Shown here one piece after another: positions 40,009 to 48,321 of a stretch of 64,000 bases of DNA. The DNA is taken from the NCBI GenBank assembly GCA_031416315.1, contig JANOTL010000115.1:1-64000 (forward strand), given 5' to 3'. Position 1 is the first letter of the stretch. The number at the start of each line of letters is the position of its first letter. The translations under genes were made by a program, and so were the position numbers. The stretch comes from Pseudomonadota bacterium. GTDB lineage: Bacteria; Bdellovibrionota_B; Oligoflexia; Oligoflexales; CAIYRB01. The notes beneath the pieces are model-generated. The model was not told the origin of the DNA. It saw only the letters and a program-made list of their open reading frames with translations, and did not search any database.

Positions 40009-41328
40009 TCAAGAAGGCTCCGTCCCGCCGGAGGGCGGAGCGAGGCGAGACAGGAGGTCGAGGTTGCCGCGGTGGAGGCTCATGTGACCGCGTTGGATGC
40101 CTTCGGACGCCAAAGCGCGCAAGGCCGACAGATTCTGGGCCAGTCCGACCGCGGTGACGATCTCGGCTAAGACGCGCGCCGAGGGCGAGCCGAGGAGCTT
40201 CAGGGCGGCCTTCGCCGTTGGATGCAGCTTCGTGACGCCGCCGACCGTGCCGACGGCCATCGGCAGCTCGAGGACGCCGTGGAGATCGCCGCCAGCCGTC
40301 TTCGTCCAGACGGCGAGCGGCCGGTACTGGCCGTCGCGCGCCGCGTACGCGTGCGCGCCGGCCTCGACGGCGCGCCAGTCGTTGCCGGTCGCGATGAGCA
40401 CCGGATCGATGCCGTTCATCACGCCCTTGTTGTTGGTCGCGGCGCGGTAAACGTCGTGATGCGCGAACTGGTAGGCCATGACGATGCGGTCGATCACCTC
40501 GGCACCGGAAAACTCGTGCGAGTCGAGCGCGTTCTCGGGCACCGTGCAGGTGACGCGCGTGACGCGGCGGTCGGTGAGATTCGTGAGGATGCGCAGGCCG
40601 ACGTCGACGGGGAAGAACTCGGGGAGGACGGTCGAGAGCTTTTCGCACATCGTGTTGACGATGTTCGCGCCCATCGCGTCGCCGGTGTGGATGTGGAGGT
40701 GGAAGACGAGGGACTTGATCTCCGGGATCAGCCGGAAGGTCAGGTCTTGGGCGCCGCCGCCACGCTCCATGAGGCGCTCCTGCCCGCGGTTCGCGAAAGC
40801 GAGAAGCTCCGCCTTGCGTTCGGCGAGCATCGCCTCGACCATCGCCGGCGTGACGGTGTCGTCGCGCAACAGGAGCTGGATCTGACCGGTCATGATCGGA
40901 TCGGTCGAGCTGGCGGTGAAGCCGCCGCCGGCGCGCGCGAGCTTGGCGCCGTGGCTCGCGGCCGCGACGACGCTGGTCTCCTCCACGGCCATCGGCACGA
41001 GGACGTCCGAGCCGTTGACGAGGAAGTTGGTCGCGACGCCCAAGGGAAGCGCGTAGACGCCGACCGCGTTCTCGATGAAGACGTCGACCAGCTCCGGCGT
41101 CAAGGCGCCGAAGCGGCAGAGGGCGTCGGCGTCGGCGTTGCCCAAGCCGGCGAAGATCTGCGCCACCTTCAGGCGCTCGCCGATCGGGAGCTCGTAAAAG
41201 CCGGGGAGCCGCGAGGACAAGGCCTGCGCACCGCCGAGCTTGGGATCGTCGCCCACGGGCCTTCCCGGCAAGGGGCGCCGCGGTGCGGTCTCGATCTCGG
41301 GCACGTAGCCTTTGGCCTCGTCTTTCAT
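40009..41328 (-). CDS. mvaA: Class II HMG-CoA reductase
   Basis: IENAVG, PMAVEETSVVAAAS, DAMGAN, RAATNNKGVMNG, TGNDWRA, GLAQNLSALRALASEGIQRGHMSLH. Confidence 0.94.
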   Translation of the reverse strand: MKDEAKGYVPEIETAPRRPLPGRPVGDDPKLGGAQALSSRLPGFYELPIGERLKVAQIFAGLGNADADALCRFGALTPELVDVFIENAVGVYALPLGVATNFLVNGSDVLVPMAVEETSVVAAASHGAKLARAGGGFTASSTDPIMTGQIQLLLRDDTVTPAMVEAMLAERKAELLAFANRGQERLMERGGGAQDLTFRLIPEIKSLVFHLHIHTGDAMGANIVNTMCEKLSTVLPEFFPVDVGLRILTNLTDRRVTRVTCTVPENALDSHEFSGAEVIDRIVMAYQFAHHDVYRAATNNKGVMNGIDPVLIATGNDWRAVEAGAHAYAARDGQYRPLAVWTKTAGGDLHGVLELPMAVGTVGGVTKLHPTAKAALKLLGSPSARVLAEIVTAVGLAQNLSALRALASEGIQRGHMSLHRGNLDLLSRLAPPSGGTEPS

Positions 41329-41349
41329 GATTGCGCCCCTGAGGTCTCG

Positions 41350-42687
41350 TCAGTCGGTGAAGTCGCTCAACATCTCTTCGAAGCGGCGCGTCGGTCGAAC
41401 GCGGGCCTTCAGGCTCTCCAGGTTCCTCGCGCCGCTCGCCAGCATCGCGGTCTTCAGGCCTTGCGCCAAGGTTTCGAGCACGGCGAACGGCGCCTCTTCG
41501 CTCGCCAATGCGGCGCGGAAGATCGGCAGGCCCACGCCCGCCACGCGGGCGCCCAAGCCCACGGCCTTGGCCACGGCGAGGCCGTCGCGCACGCCGCCGG
41601 TCGCGGCGAGCTCGAGCTTCGGTAGACGCCGGTGCAAGGCCGAGACGGCCAAGGCCGTCGGCAGGCCGAAATCGCGAAAGGTCTCCGCGACGGCCCGCGT
41701 CGCCGCCGACTGCGCGCGCAGCCCTTCGATGTAGCTCCAGGAGGTGCCGCCCTTGCCGCCGACGTCGACCGCAGAGACGCCGCACTCGAGAAGGCGCGCG
41801 GCGCTCAGCGGATCGAGCCCGCCGCCGACCTCTTTCACCAAGACCGGCACGCCGAGCTTGCGCGCGACCTCGCCGATCCGATCGGTGAGGCCGCGGAAGT
41901 CGCGGTCGCCTTCGACCTGCACGATTTCCTGCAGCACGTTCAGATGAATCGCCAAGGCGTCGGCGTCGATCATCGCGACGGCGCGCTTGCAGTCGTCGAG
42001 GTAGGTCGGGGAGCGCAGCTGGCCGATCCCGAGGTTGCCGATCAGGAAGACTTTCGGCGCCTCGCGTTTGACCGCGAAGATCGAGGCGTGCTCCGGATGC
42101 TCGAGCGCGATCCGCTGCGAGCCGACGCCCATCGGGATGCCGAAGTGCTGCGCCGCGGCCGCGAGCCGGGCATTGATCTCAGCGCCGCGCAAAAGGCCGC
42201 CGGTCATGCCGGTGATCAAGAGGGGGAGGGGGAAGGCGCGCCCGAGAAAGCGAGTCTCGGTGCGCAGATCGTCCCAGGCGAGCTCCGGCAAGGCCGAAGG
42301 CCTGAGGATCACCTCGCTGAAGCCGGTGAAGCGGTCCTTCGCCTCGACGTCCATCGACTCGCAGATGGCGATGTGCTGGCCCTTGCGTACGAGGGTGAGG
42401 AGATTGTCGAGCTCGCGCAGGTCCTCGGGCTCGACTTCGGCCTCGACCTTCAGGCCCTGGCTCGAGCCGGCGAACGCCGCGGTGCCGAAGGCCACGCGCA
42501 AAGTGAAGCTCCGGCCTTCGCCGAAGGCGACGGTGAGGCGATCGCGCGCCGTCGCGCGCAGCTCGCTCGGAAACTCGAGCACGAGATGATCCACCGCCAA
42601 GGCCGTCACGAAGCCGGCGCCGGCGCGATCGGCGACGAACGGCAAGGGCGGCCGCAGCGTCACGAAGCTGCGCGCTGGAGTGGACAT
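41350..42687 (-). CDS. fni: Type 2 isopentenyl-diphosphate isomerase with a ~100-aa N-terminal extension
   Basis: RKGQHIAIC, ITGMTGG, GVGSQR, HLNVLQE...EGDRDF, VKEVG, GGTSW. Confidence 0.92.
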   Translation of the reverse strand: MSTPARSFVTLRPPLPFVADRAGAGFVTALAVDHLVLEFPSELRATARDRLTVAFGEGRSFTLRVAFGTAAFAGSSQGLKVEAEVEPEDLRELDNLLTLVRKGQHIAICESMDVEAKDRFTGFSEVILRPSALPELAWDDLRTETRFLGRAFPLPLLITGMTGGLLRGAEINARLAAAAQHFGIPMGVGSQRIALEHPEHASIFAVKREAPKVFLIGNLGIGQLRSPTYLDDCKRAVAMIDADALAIHLNVLQEIVQVEGDRDFRGLTDRIGEVARKLGVPVLVKEVGGGLDPLSAARLLECGVSAVDVGGKGGTSWSYIEGLRAQSAATRAVAETFRDFGLPTALAVSALHRRLPKLELAATGGVRDGLAVAKAVGLGARVAGVGLPIFRAALASEEAPFAVLETLAQGLKTAMLASGARNLESLKARVRPTRRFEEMLSDFTD

Positions 42688-42803
42688 CGAGAGCTTCCGG
42701 AAAGGGCCTAGGACTTGAAGCGCCGAATGGCGTAAAATGTCATGGCGTGTCCAGGCGTTAGGGCAGCCTAAGCTATGCGCCCTGAGGTCTTCCGTCAATC
42801 GAT

Positions 42804-43610
42804 TTGGAGTCTTTGATGATTTCGATGCGCGGCGTCAAAATGTCGTTCGGCGGGGTAAACCTGCTTAGCGACATAAGCTTTTCGGTGGCGAAGGGCGAGC
42901 GCATCAGCCTGATCGGGCCGGGCGGCTGCGGCAAGTCGACGATCCTCAAGATCCTGCTCGGGCTGATGAAACCGGACGCCGGCGAGGTCAGCCTGATGGA
43001 CGTCGACATGACCAGCGCCAAGGAGGAGGAGAAGCAGGTCGTCCTGCGCAAGGTCGGGATGGCCTTCCAGCAAGGTGCGCTCTTCGACTTCATGACCGTG
43101 CGCGAGAACCTGATCTTCGCCATGGAGAACATGACGGAGCTCGACGTCAACGCGATGGACGCGCGCCTGAAAAAGCTCCTGCAAGGCGTCAAGCTCGGTC
43201 GAACGGAGTACATGTACCCGTATGAGCTCTCGGGCGGCATGCAAAGGCGCGTCGGCATCGCGCGCGCGCTCTGCACCGAACCGGTGATCGCGATCTTCGA
43301 CGAGCCGACCTCGGGCTTGGACCCCGTGACCTCGACGATCATCTTGAATATGATCGTCGAGCTCGGCGGCAAGTCCGACGAGCACGCGCAGATGGTCGTC
43401 ACCTCGAACGTCGAGATCGGCATCCGCTTCGCCGACCGCCTCCTCGTCGTCAACGAAGGCAAGGTCGTCGCCGACGGACCGTGGCGCGAGCTCCTCGTGA
43501 CCGGACCGGAATGGGTCCGGCACTTCCTGGGCGTCCGCTTCATCGGCCTCGATCTGGAGTACGCGCACGAGTTGAAGCTTCCGCAAGCATTCATCGATAA
43601 GCATTGGTGA
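42804..43610 (+). CDS. ABC transporter ATP-binding protein, MlaF/Mkl-like
   Basis: GPGGCGKS, FQQGALFD, ELSGGMQRRVGIARAL, FDEPTSGLDP. Confidence 0.88.
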   Translation: MESLMISMRGVKMSFGGVNLLSDISFSVAKGERISLIGPGGCGKSTILKILLGLMKPDAGEVSLMDVDMTSAKEEEKQVVLRKVGMAFQQGALFDFMTVRENLIFAMENMTELDVNAMDARLKKLLQGVKLGRTEYMYPYELSGGMQRRVGIARALCTEPVIAIFDEPTSGLDPVTSTIILNMIVELGGKSDEHAQMVVTSNVEIGIRFADRLLVVNEGKVVADGPWRELLVTGPEWVRHFLGVRFIGLDLEYAHELKLPQAFIDKHW

Positions 43611-43717
43611 GCAGGTAGTTCCTCTGAGGGCCTCTCGGGGCCTTCGGGCCTCCGAGTTCATAGGCGGGCGGCGAAGTCCGAAGAGCTTTCCGGGAAACCC
43701 CGTGGAGCTATCGGTAC

Positions 43718-44605
43718 TTGAACGCCGCCAACCGCATCGTCCGCTACCTCTTGCCCGTCGTCATGTCGGCGACCGTGCTGTCTGCGCTCGGCGTGACCAC
43801 CCTCGTCGCGGAGTTCACGCCCGCGGACCGGCTCGTCTCGACCCTGTGGATCGTCGCATCCTTCGTCTTGGCCGGCGCCGTGGCCTCCGTGCCGGTACTC
43901 TACTGGCTCGCGCGCCGGCTGACCCAGGAGATCGCGACGGCGCTGGAAGCCGGCGTTCCGCTCGACGAATTAAACAAAGATCAGTTTGCCGCCAGAGGCG
44001 CGCTGGCGGCCGTGACCCGCGGCCCGGTGACGATCGTCTTCGCCAGCGTCGAGGGCCTTTCGCGGGTGATGGAGGTGGTGACGCCCGAGGTCGCGGCCGA
44101 GCTTTTCGACGGCCTCCTGCGCCTTTGCACCGACGTCGTCGGCGAGCACGGCGGCGTCGTCGAGCGCTTCACCGACCGCGACGTCGTCTTTGTCTTTCCC
44201 GCGCGCCCCGACGCCTCCGCCGAGACGGCCGCGACCGAGGCGGCGTTCCGGCTGGCGCAGCTCATTCCGGAGATGAAGCTCAAGATTCCCGGCGAGGCCG
44301 GCCTCCTGCGCGGCCTGCGCTTCGCCGCCGGCGTCACGGCGGGCAGCGCCGTCATGGGCAAGCTCCACGGCCAGCCCTTGATCCTGGGCGAGATGGTGCA
44401 GCAAGCCCGCGCGATCGCCAACGCCGGGCGGGCGCGGGGCGTCTTTCTCCTCGTCTCCCACTACGTGCAGACGCGCCTGAAGCCCGGCTTCCGCGTCGAG
44501 CCGGCCGGCGCGATCAACGAGATGCTGGCGCATCAAAAAGTCGACGTGTACGCCGTCACCGGCCTCGCGCCGGCCGGCGAAACGCCGACGCCGCGGGCGG
44601 GCTGA
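43718..44605 (+). CDS. 2-TM protein with a degenerate class III cyclase homology domain
   Basis: VTIVFASVEGL, HGGVVERF, RFAAGVTAGSAVMG, ILGEMVQQARAI; TTG start. Confidence 0.65.
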   Translation: MNAANRIVRYLLPVVMSATVLSALGVTTLVAEFTPADRLVSTLWIVASFVLAGAVASVPVLYWLARRLTQEIATALEAGVPLDELNKDQFAARGALAAVTRGPVTIVFASVEGLSRVMEVVTPEVAAELFDGLLRLCTDVVGEHGGVVERFTDRDVVFVFPARPDASAETAATEAAFRLAQLIPEMKLKIPGEAGLLRGLRFAAGVTAGSAVMGKLHGQPLILGEMVQQARAIANAGRARGVFLLVSHYVQTRLKPGFRVEPAGAINEMLAHQKVDVYAVTGLAPAGETPTPRAG

Positions 44606-44608
44606 GCC

Positions 44609-45997
44609 ATGAGCCGCCCGCGCCAAAGCCGCATCGCACACCTCTCGGCGGACGTCGCGGATAAGGTCCGCGCCACGCCTTCGCGCATCGGGTCCTTGCG
44701 CTTCAAGCCTTCGGTCGAGCGGCGCTTCCACGAGTACGCCTTCGAGCAGAACAAAAAATGGTTCATGACGGGCACGCTCGTCGTCGCCGTGATCTTCCTC
44801 CTCTTCCTCGCGGTGATGTACCTGCTGGCGCCGGACGGCATGCCGCCTTTCGCCGACACCGTTCCCTACATCGCCGCCGGGCTCTTCCTGCTCGGCATCG
44901 GCCGTAAAGTCGGCGAGCGCACGAAGGTGGCGCAGAAACAGCTGATCGGCTGGATCGTCGCCTGCTTCTGCGTCCTCGTCGGCGTGTCGTTCTCGCGCCT
45001 TTCGGCGATGGCGTCGATGGACCGGGCGCGCTACGGTTTCGGCCTCGTGATCGTGTTCACCATCGCGATCTATGCGCTCGTTCAGCTGCGCGGCGTGCAA
45101 GCGCTCGTGGCGGGGTGGGGGACGGGCATCTGCCATGCGGTGCTCGCGTACGGGGCGGACTACTATCAGCGCGACGATTTCCTGCAGGTCTGTTCCTACC
45201 TTGCGCTCACGAACCTAATGGGCACGGCGATCGCCTATACGATCGAGCGCCAAAACCGCCTCTTCTTTGGCACGATGCTCGACGCCTCGGCCGCCCACGA
45301 GCGCACGAAAAGGCTCTTGCGGCAGCTCCTGCCGGCGCCGATCGCCGACCGCATGCTCGCGGGCGAGGCCCGGGTCGCCGATCAGTTCGATTACGTGACG
45401 GTGATGTTCGCCCACGTGCACGGCATACGGGTGCTCGCCGAGACGAAGAATCCGAAGGCACTGGTCGCGCTCCTCAACCGGATCTTCGGCGCCTTCGACG
45501 AGGCCGCGCAGGCGACGGGCATCGACAAAGTGAAGTCCTCGGGATCGCGCTACCTTGCGGCCGCCGGCCTCGCGGGGCGCCGTCCGAAACGCGGCGAGCC
45601 TTCGGGCGCCACCCGCGTCGTGCGGTGCGCGCTCGAGATGCGGCGCGCGTTCGACCGCGCCAAGATCGAGTCCGGCTTGGACGTCGCGCTTTCAATCGGG
45701 ATCCACACCGGGCCGGTCGTCGCGGGCGTGATCGGGAAGACGCGCCTCGTCTATGACATGTGGGGCGATACGGTGAACGTCGCGAGCCGTATGGAGAGCG
45801 TCAGCGCGCAGGGCGAGACGCGGCTCTCGACCGAGGCAGCGGCGTGGCTCCTCGACGAATCGGTCTTGAGCGAGCCGCAGACGGTCGACGTGAAGGGTAA
45901 AGGAAAAGTGCAGACGCACGTCCTCCTCGAAGGGGAGGCGAGCGCGGCTGGAGCGGCTACCACCGCGGCTCCGCCGAAGTTCGAGGGGGCCGCATGA
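44609..45997 (+). CDS. Multi-TM class III adenylyl cyclase subunit, C2-like (metal Asp residues lost; K, D, N, R kept)
   Basis: RLLRQLLPAPIA, VMFAHVHG, KVKSSGSRY, GIHTGPVVAGVIG, YDMWGDTVNVASRMES, VKGKG. Confidence 0.88.
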   Translation: MSRPRQSRIAHLSADVADKVRATPSRIGSLRFKPSVERRFHEYAFEQNKKWFMTGTLVVAVIFLLFLAVMYLLAPDGMPPFADTVPYIAAGLFLLGIGRKVGERTKVAQKQLIGWIVACFCVLVGVSFSRLSAMASMDRARYGFGLVIVFTIAIYALVQLRGVQALVAGWGTGICHAVLAYGADYYQRDDFLQVCSYLALTNLMGTAIAYTIERQNRLFFGTMLDASAAHERTKRLLRQLLPAPIADRMLAGEARVADQFDYVTVMFAHVHGIRVLAETKNPKALVALLNRIFGAFDEAAQATGIDKVKSSGSRYLAAAGLAGRRPKRGEPSGATRVVRCALEMRRAFDRAKIESGLDVALSIGIHTGPVVAGVIGKTRLVYDMWGDTVNVASRMESVSAQGETRLSTEAAAWLLDESVLSEPQTVDVKGKGKVQTHVLLEGEASAAGAATTAAPPKFEGAA

Positions 45998-47430
45998 GCG
46001 AGGGCGGCGGCAAACGCTCCCAGCTCGGGCGCACGGGGGATAAGGGCAAACGCTCCGAGTTCGGCCGGCGCGAGGACACCGGCCGGCGCTCTGAATTCAG
46101 GCTTCGCCACGATACCGGGGTCCGCGGCGACGCCACGCAACAGAACGCGCCGCAGCAAGACGGCGCCCTGCGCCGGATCATCTCCGAGACGGCGATGCGC
46201 TTCTCGACCGTCCGGCTCCAGCCGCTCCTCGAGGAAGAGTACGATTTCACGGCGGCGACCCAAAACGCGCGCTCGACCTTCGTCGGCATCGTTTTGATGA
46301 TCCTCATGATCGCCGTCCACGCTTTCGCCTCGCACCTCCTCGATCCGATCGGTCTCGCGCCCTTCTTCGAGGTCGCGCGAAGCTACCTCACGATGCTCGT
46401 CGTCGCCGTCGTCACGGCGGTGCTCTTCGTGCGATTGCGGCCGGAATGGCTGGCGCGCGTCGCGCCTTCGTTCGGCGCCTTGGCCCTTTTCGTCGTCGCG
46501 CAGACGACGCTCCTCGCGGTCTTCGCCGGGGACCTCGAGCGCCGCCAGTTGGGATTCGCGGTCTGCGAGCTCTTGCTGATCGTGATCTACATGCTCTTCC
46601 GCTTCCGGCCGTTCTTCGCGTGCTTCACCGGCTGGACGACGACGATCTTCTACCTCTATTCGGCGAAGGCCTACGACGTCTATCCCGAAGACCGTTTCGT
46701 GCAGATCTCGATGTATCTCATCATCATGAATCTGATCGGCATGGTGGTCGCCTTTTTGGTCGAGCGCCAGGAGCGCCAGATCTTCCTGACCTTGGTCGGC
46801 GTCTCGAACGAGAAGGCGCGCGCCGACTCGATGTTGGCCAACGTCCTGCCGGAGACCGTCGCCGAGCGCCTGAAGAACGGCCGGGAGGGCGGCATCGCCG
46901 AGGCGCACCCCGAAGTCACCATTCTGCAGGCCGATCTGGTCGGCTTCACGGCTTTGGCCGCCAAGCTCTCGCCGGTCGACCTCGTCAGCATGCTCGACGA
47001 GCTCTTTACCGAGTTCGACCGCATTATGGCGCGCCACGGCGTTGAGAAGGTGAAGACCGAAGGCGACGCCTACATCGCCGCCGCGGGCCTGCCTTTGCCC
47101 ATGCACCACCACGCGCTGCGCGCGGCCTCGGCCGGACTCGACATCGTCGACGCCGTGCACGCCTTCGCCAAGGCGCGCGGCATCTCGATCGACGTCCGCG
47201 TCGGCCTCGACACCGGCTACGTCGTCGCCGGGGTCATTGGCAAACAAAAACAAGTTTATGACATTTGGGGCGGCCCGGTGACGGGCGCCGCCCGCCTGGA
47301 GGCCCAGGCCGAGCCCGGGGCCGTCTTGGTCTCCGCCGTCACCGCCGAGCATCTCGACGAATATCTGACCCTGACCGGCGGCCCGGCGGTTTTCCGCCTC
47401 TTGCGCGCCGGGGGGCAAACCGCGGTATAA
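45994..47430 (+). CDS. Multi-TM class III adenylyl cyclase subunit, C1-like (metal Asp residues kept; catalytic Asn replaced by Thr)
   Basis: MLANVLPETVA, ILQADLVGFT, KVKTEGDAY, VVAGVIG, YDIWGGPVTGAARLEA. Confidence 0.88.
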   Translation: MSEGGGKRSQLGRTGDKGKRSEFGRREDTGRRSEFRLRHDTGVRGDATQQNAPQQDGALRRIISETAMRFSTVRLQPLLEEEYDFTAATQNARSTFVGIVLMILMIAVHAFASHLLDPIGLAPFFEVARSYLTMLVVAVVTAVLFVRLRPEWLARVAPSFGALALFVVAQTTLLAVFAGDLERRQLGFAVCELLLIVIYMLFRFRPFFACFTGWTTTIFYLYSAKAYDVYPEDRFVQISMYLIIMNLIGMVVAFLVERQERQIFLTLVGVSNEKARADSMLANVLPETVAERLKNGREGGIAEAHPEVTILQADLVGFTALAAKLSPVDLVSMLDELFTEFDRIMARHGVEKVKTEGDAYIAAAGLPLPMHHHALRAASAGLDIVDAVHAFAKARGISIDVRVGLDTGYVVAGVIGKQKQVYDIWGGPVTGAARLEAQAEPGAVLVSAVTAEHLDEYLTLTGGPAVFRLLRAGGQTAV

Positions 47431-47461
47431 GAGGCCTTCTCTCCAGGAGGGCTCGAGTTCC

Positions 47462-48307
47462 GTGTATTCCTTAATGAAAACACTCGCGTGGGGACTCGGG
47501 CTCTTGACCCCGCGCCTCACCGGGGCTCTGGCCAAGCTGATCGCCTTCGTGATTTTCGATGCCATCCGGCTGCGCCGCGATTTGATGCTGCGGAATCTCG
47601 GCCTCGCCTTCCCCACGATGCCGGAGGCGCAGATGCGTCGCGTCGCGCGCGCCTCGGTCGAGAACTTCGCCCTGACGGCTTTCGAGTTCCTGCGCTCGAA
47701 GCGGGTCGACATCGCCGGTCACATCGAGCTCGACGGCGTGGAGCACATCCGCACTGCGCTCGACCGCGGCCAGGGCGCCTACATCCTCTGCTTCCACCTA
47801 GGCAACTGGGAGGCCATGGGCGCGAAGTGCACGCGCGTCCTGACGCCGTCGCACGTTTTGGTCAAGAAGGTCGGCCGCGGCGGGGTCGAGCGCTTCGTCA
47901 GTGAGCTCCGCACCCAGAACGGCTTCTACGGCGTCAAACGCGAGAAGAAGGGCGACGGCTACAACGCCATCCGCGACATCTTGGCCAGAGGCGAGATCGT
48001 CGGCTTCGTCATGGACCAAGCCCGACCGGGCGAGCCCCGCCTGCCCTTTTTCGGCGTCCCGGCCAAGACCAACACGAGCTTCGCGGCCATCTGGCGGAAA
48101 ATCCCGGCCCCGATCATCCCGGCCTTCATCGAAAGGACCGGGGTCGGCCGCCACACTTTGCATTTTTTTCCCGAGGTGAAGCCTACGGTTACGCAGGATC
48201 CGGAGGCCGACGTCCTGCGCCATTCGACCGAGTTCAATGCGGTCGTCGAGACGCACGTACGCAAGCACCCCGATCAGTACTTCTGGATGCACAACCGGTG
48301 GAAGTGA
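47462..48307 (+). CDS. Lipid A late acyltransferase (LpxL/HtrB family)
   Basis: HLGNWE, VMDQ, PFFG, HPDQYFWMHNRWK. Confidence 0.88.
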   Translation: MYSLMKTLAWGLGLLTPRLTGALAKLIAFVIFDAIRLRRDLMLRNLGLAFPTMPEAQMRRVARASVENFALTAFEFLRSKRVDIAGHIELDGVEHIRTALDRGQGAYILCFHLGNWEAMGAKCTRVLTPSHVLVKKVGRGGVERFVSELRTQNGFYGVKREKKGDGYNAIRDILARGEIVGFVMDQARPGEPRLPFFGVPAKTNTSFAAIWRKIPAPIIPAFIERTGVGRHTLHFFPEVKPTVTQDPEADVLRHSTEFNAVVETHVRKHPDQYFWMHNRWK

Positions 48308-48321
48308 GCGATCCTTAGGTC

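Noticed and set aside
38960..41785. Apparent giant ORFs or fusions (941 aa at 38960-41785, 827 aa at 54608-57091, 695 aa at 6554-8641, 632 aa at 28773-30671)
   Set aside because: Their N-terminal parts are off-frame read-through across neighbouring genes; real starts were placed at 40006, 55220, 7505 and 29951.
43634..43656. C(UUCG)G hairpin between the ABC ATPase gene and the cyclase cluster
   Set aside because: Stable hairpin but no U-tract; not enough to call a terminator or ncRNA.
43718..47430. Cyclase cluster as a Pycsar/CBASS-type antiphage system
   Set aside because: No adjacent cyclic-nucleotide-binding effector, TIR or nuclease gene; the cyclases are membrane-anchored with ATP-type K/D residues and sit among housekeeping envelope genes.
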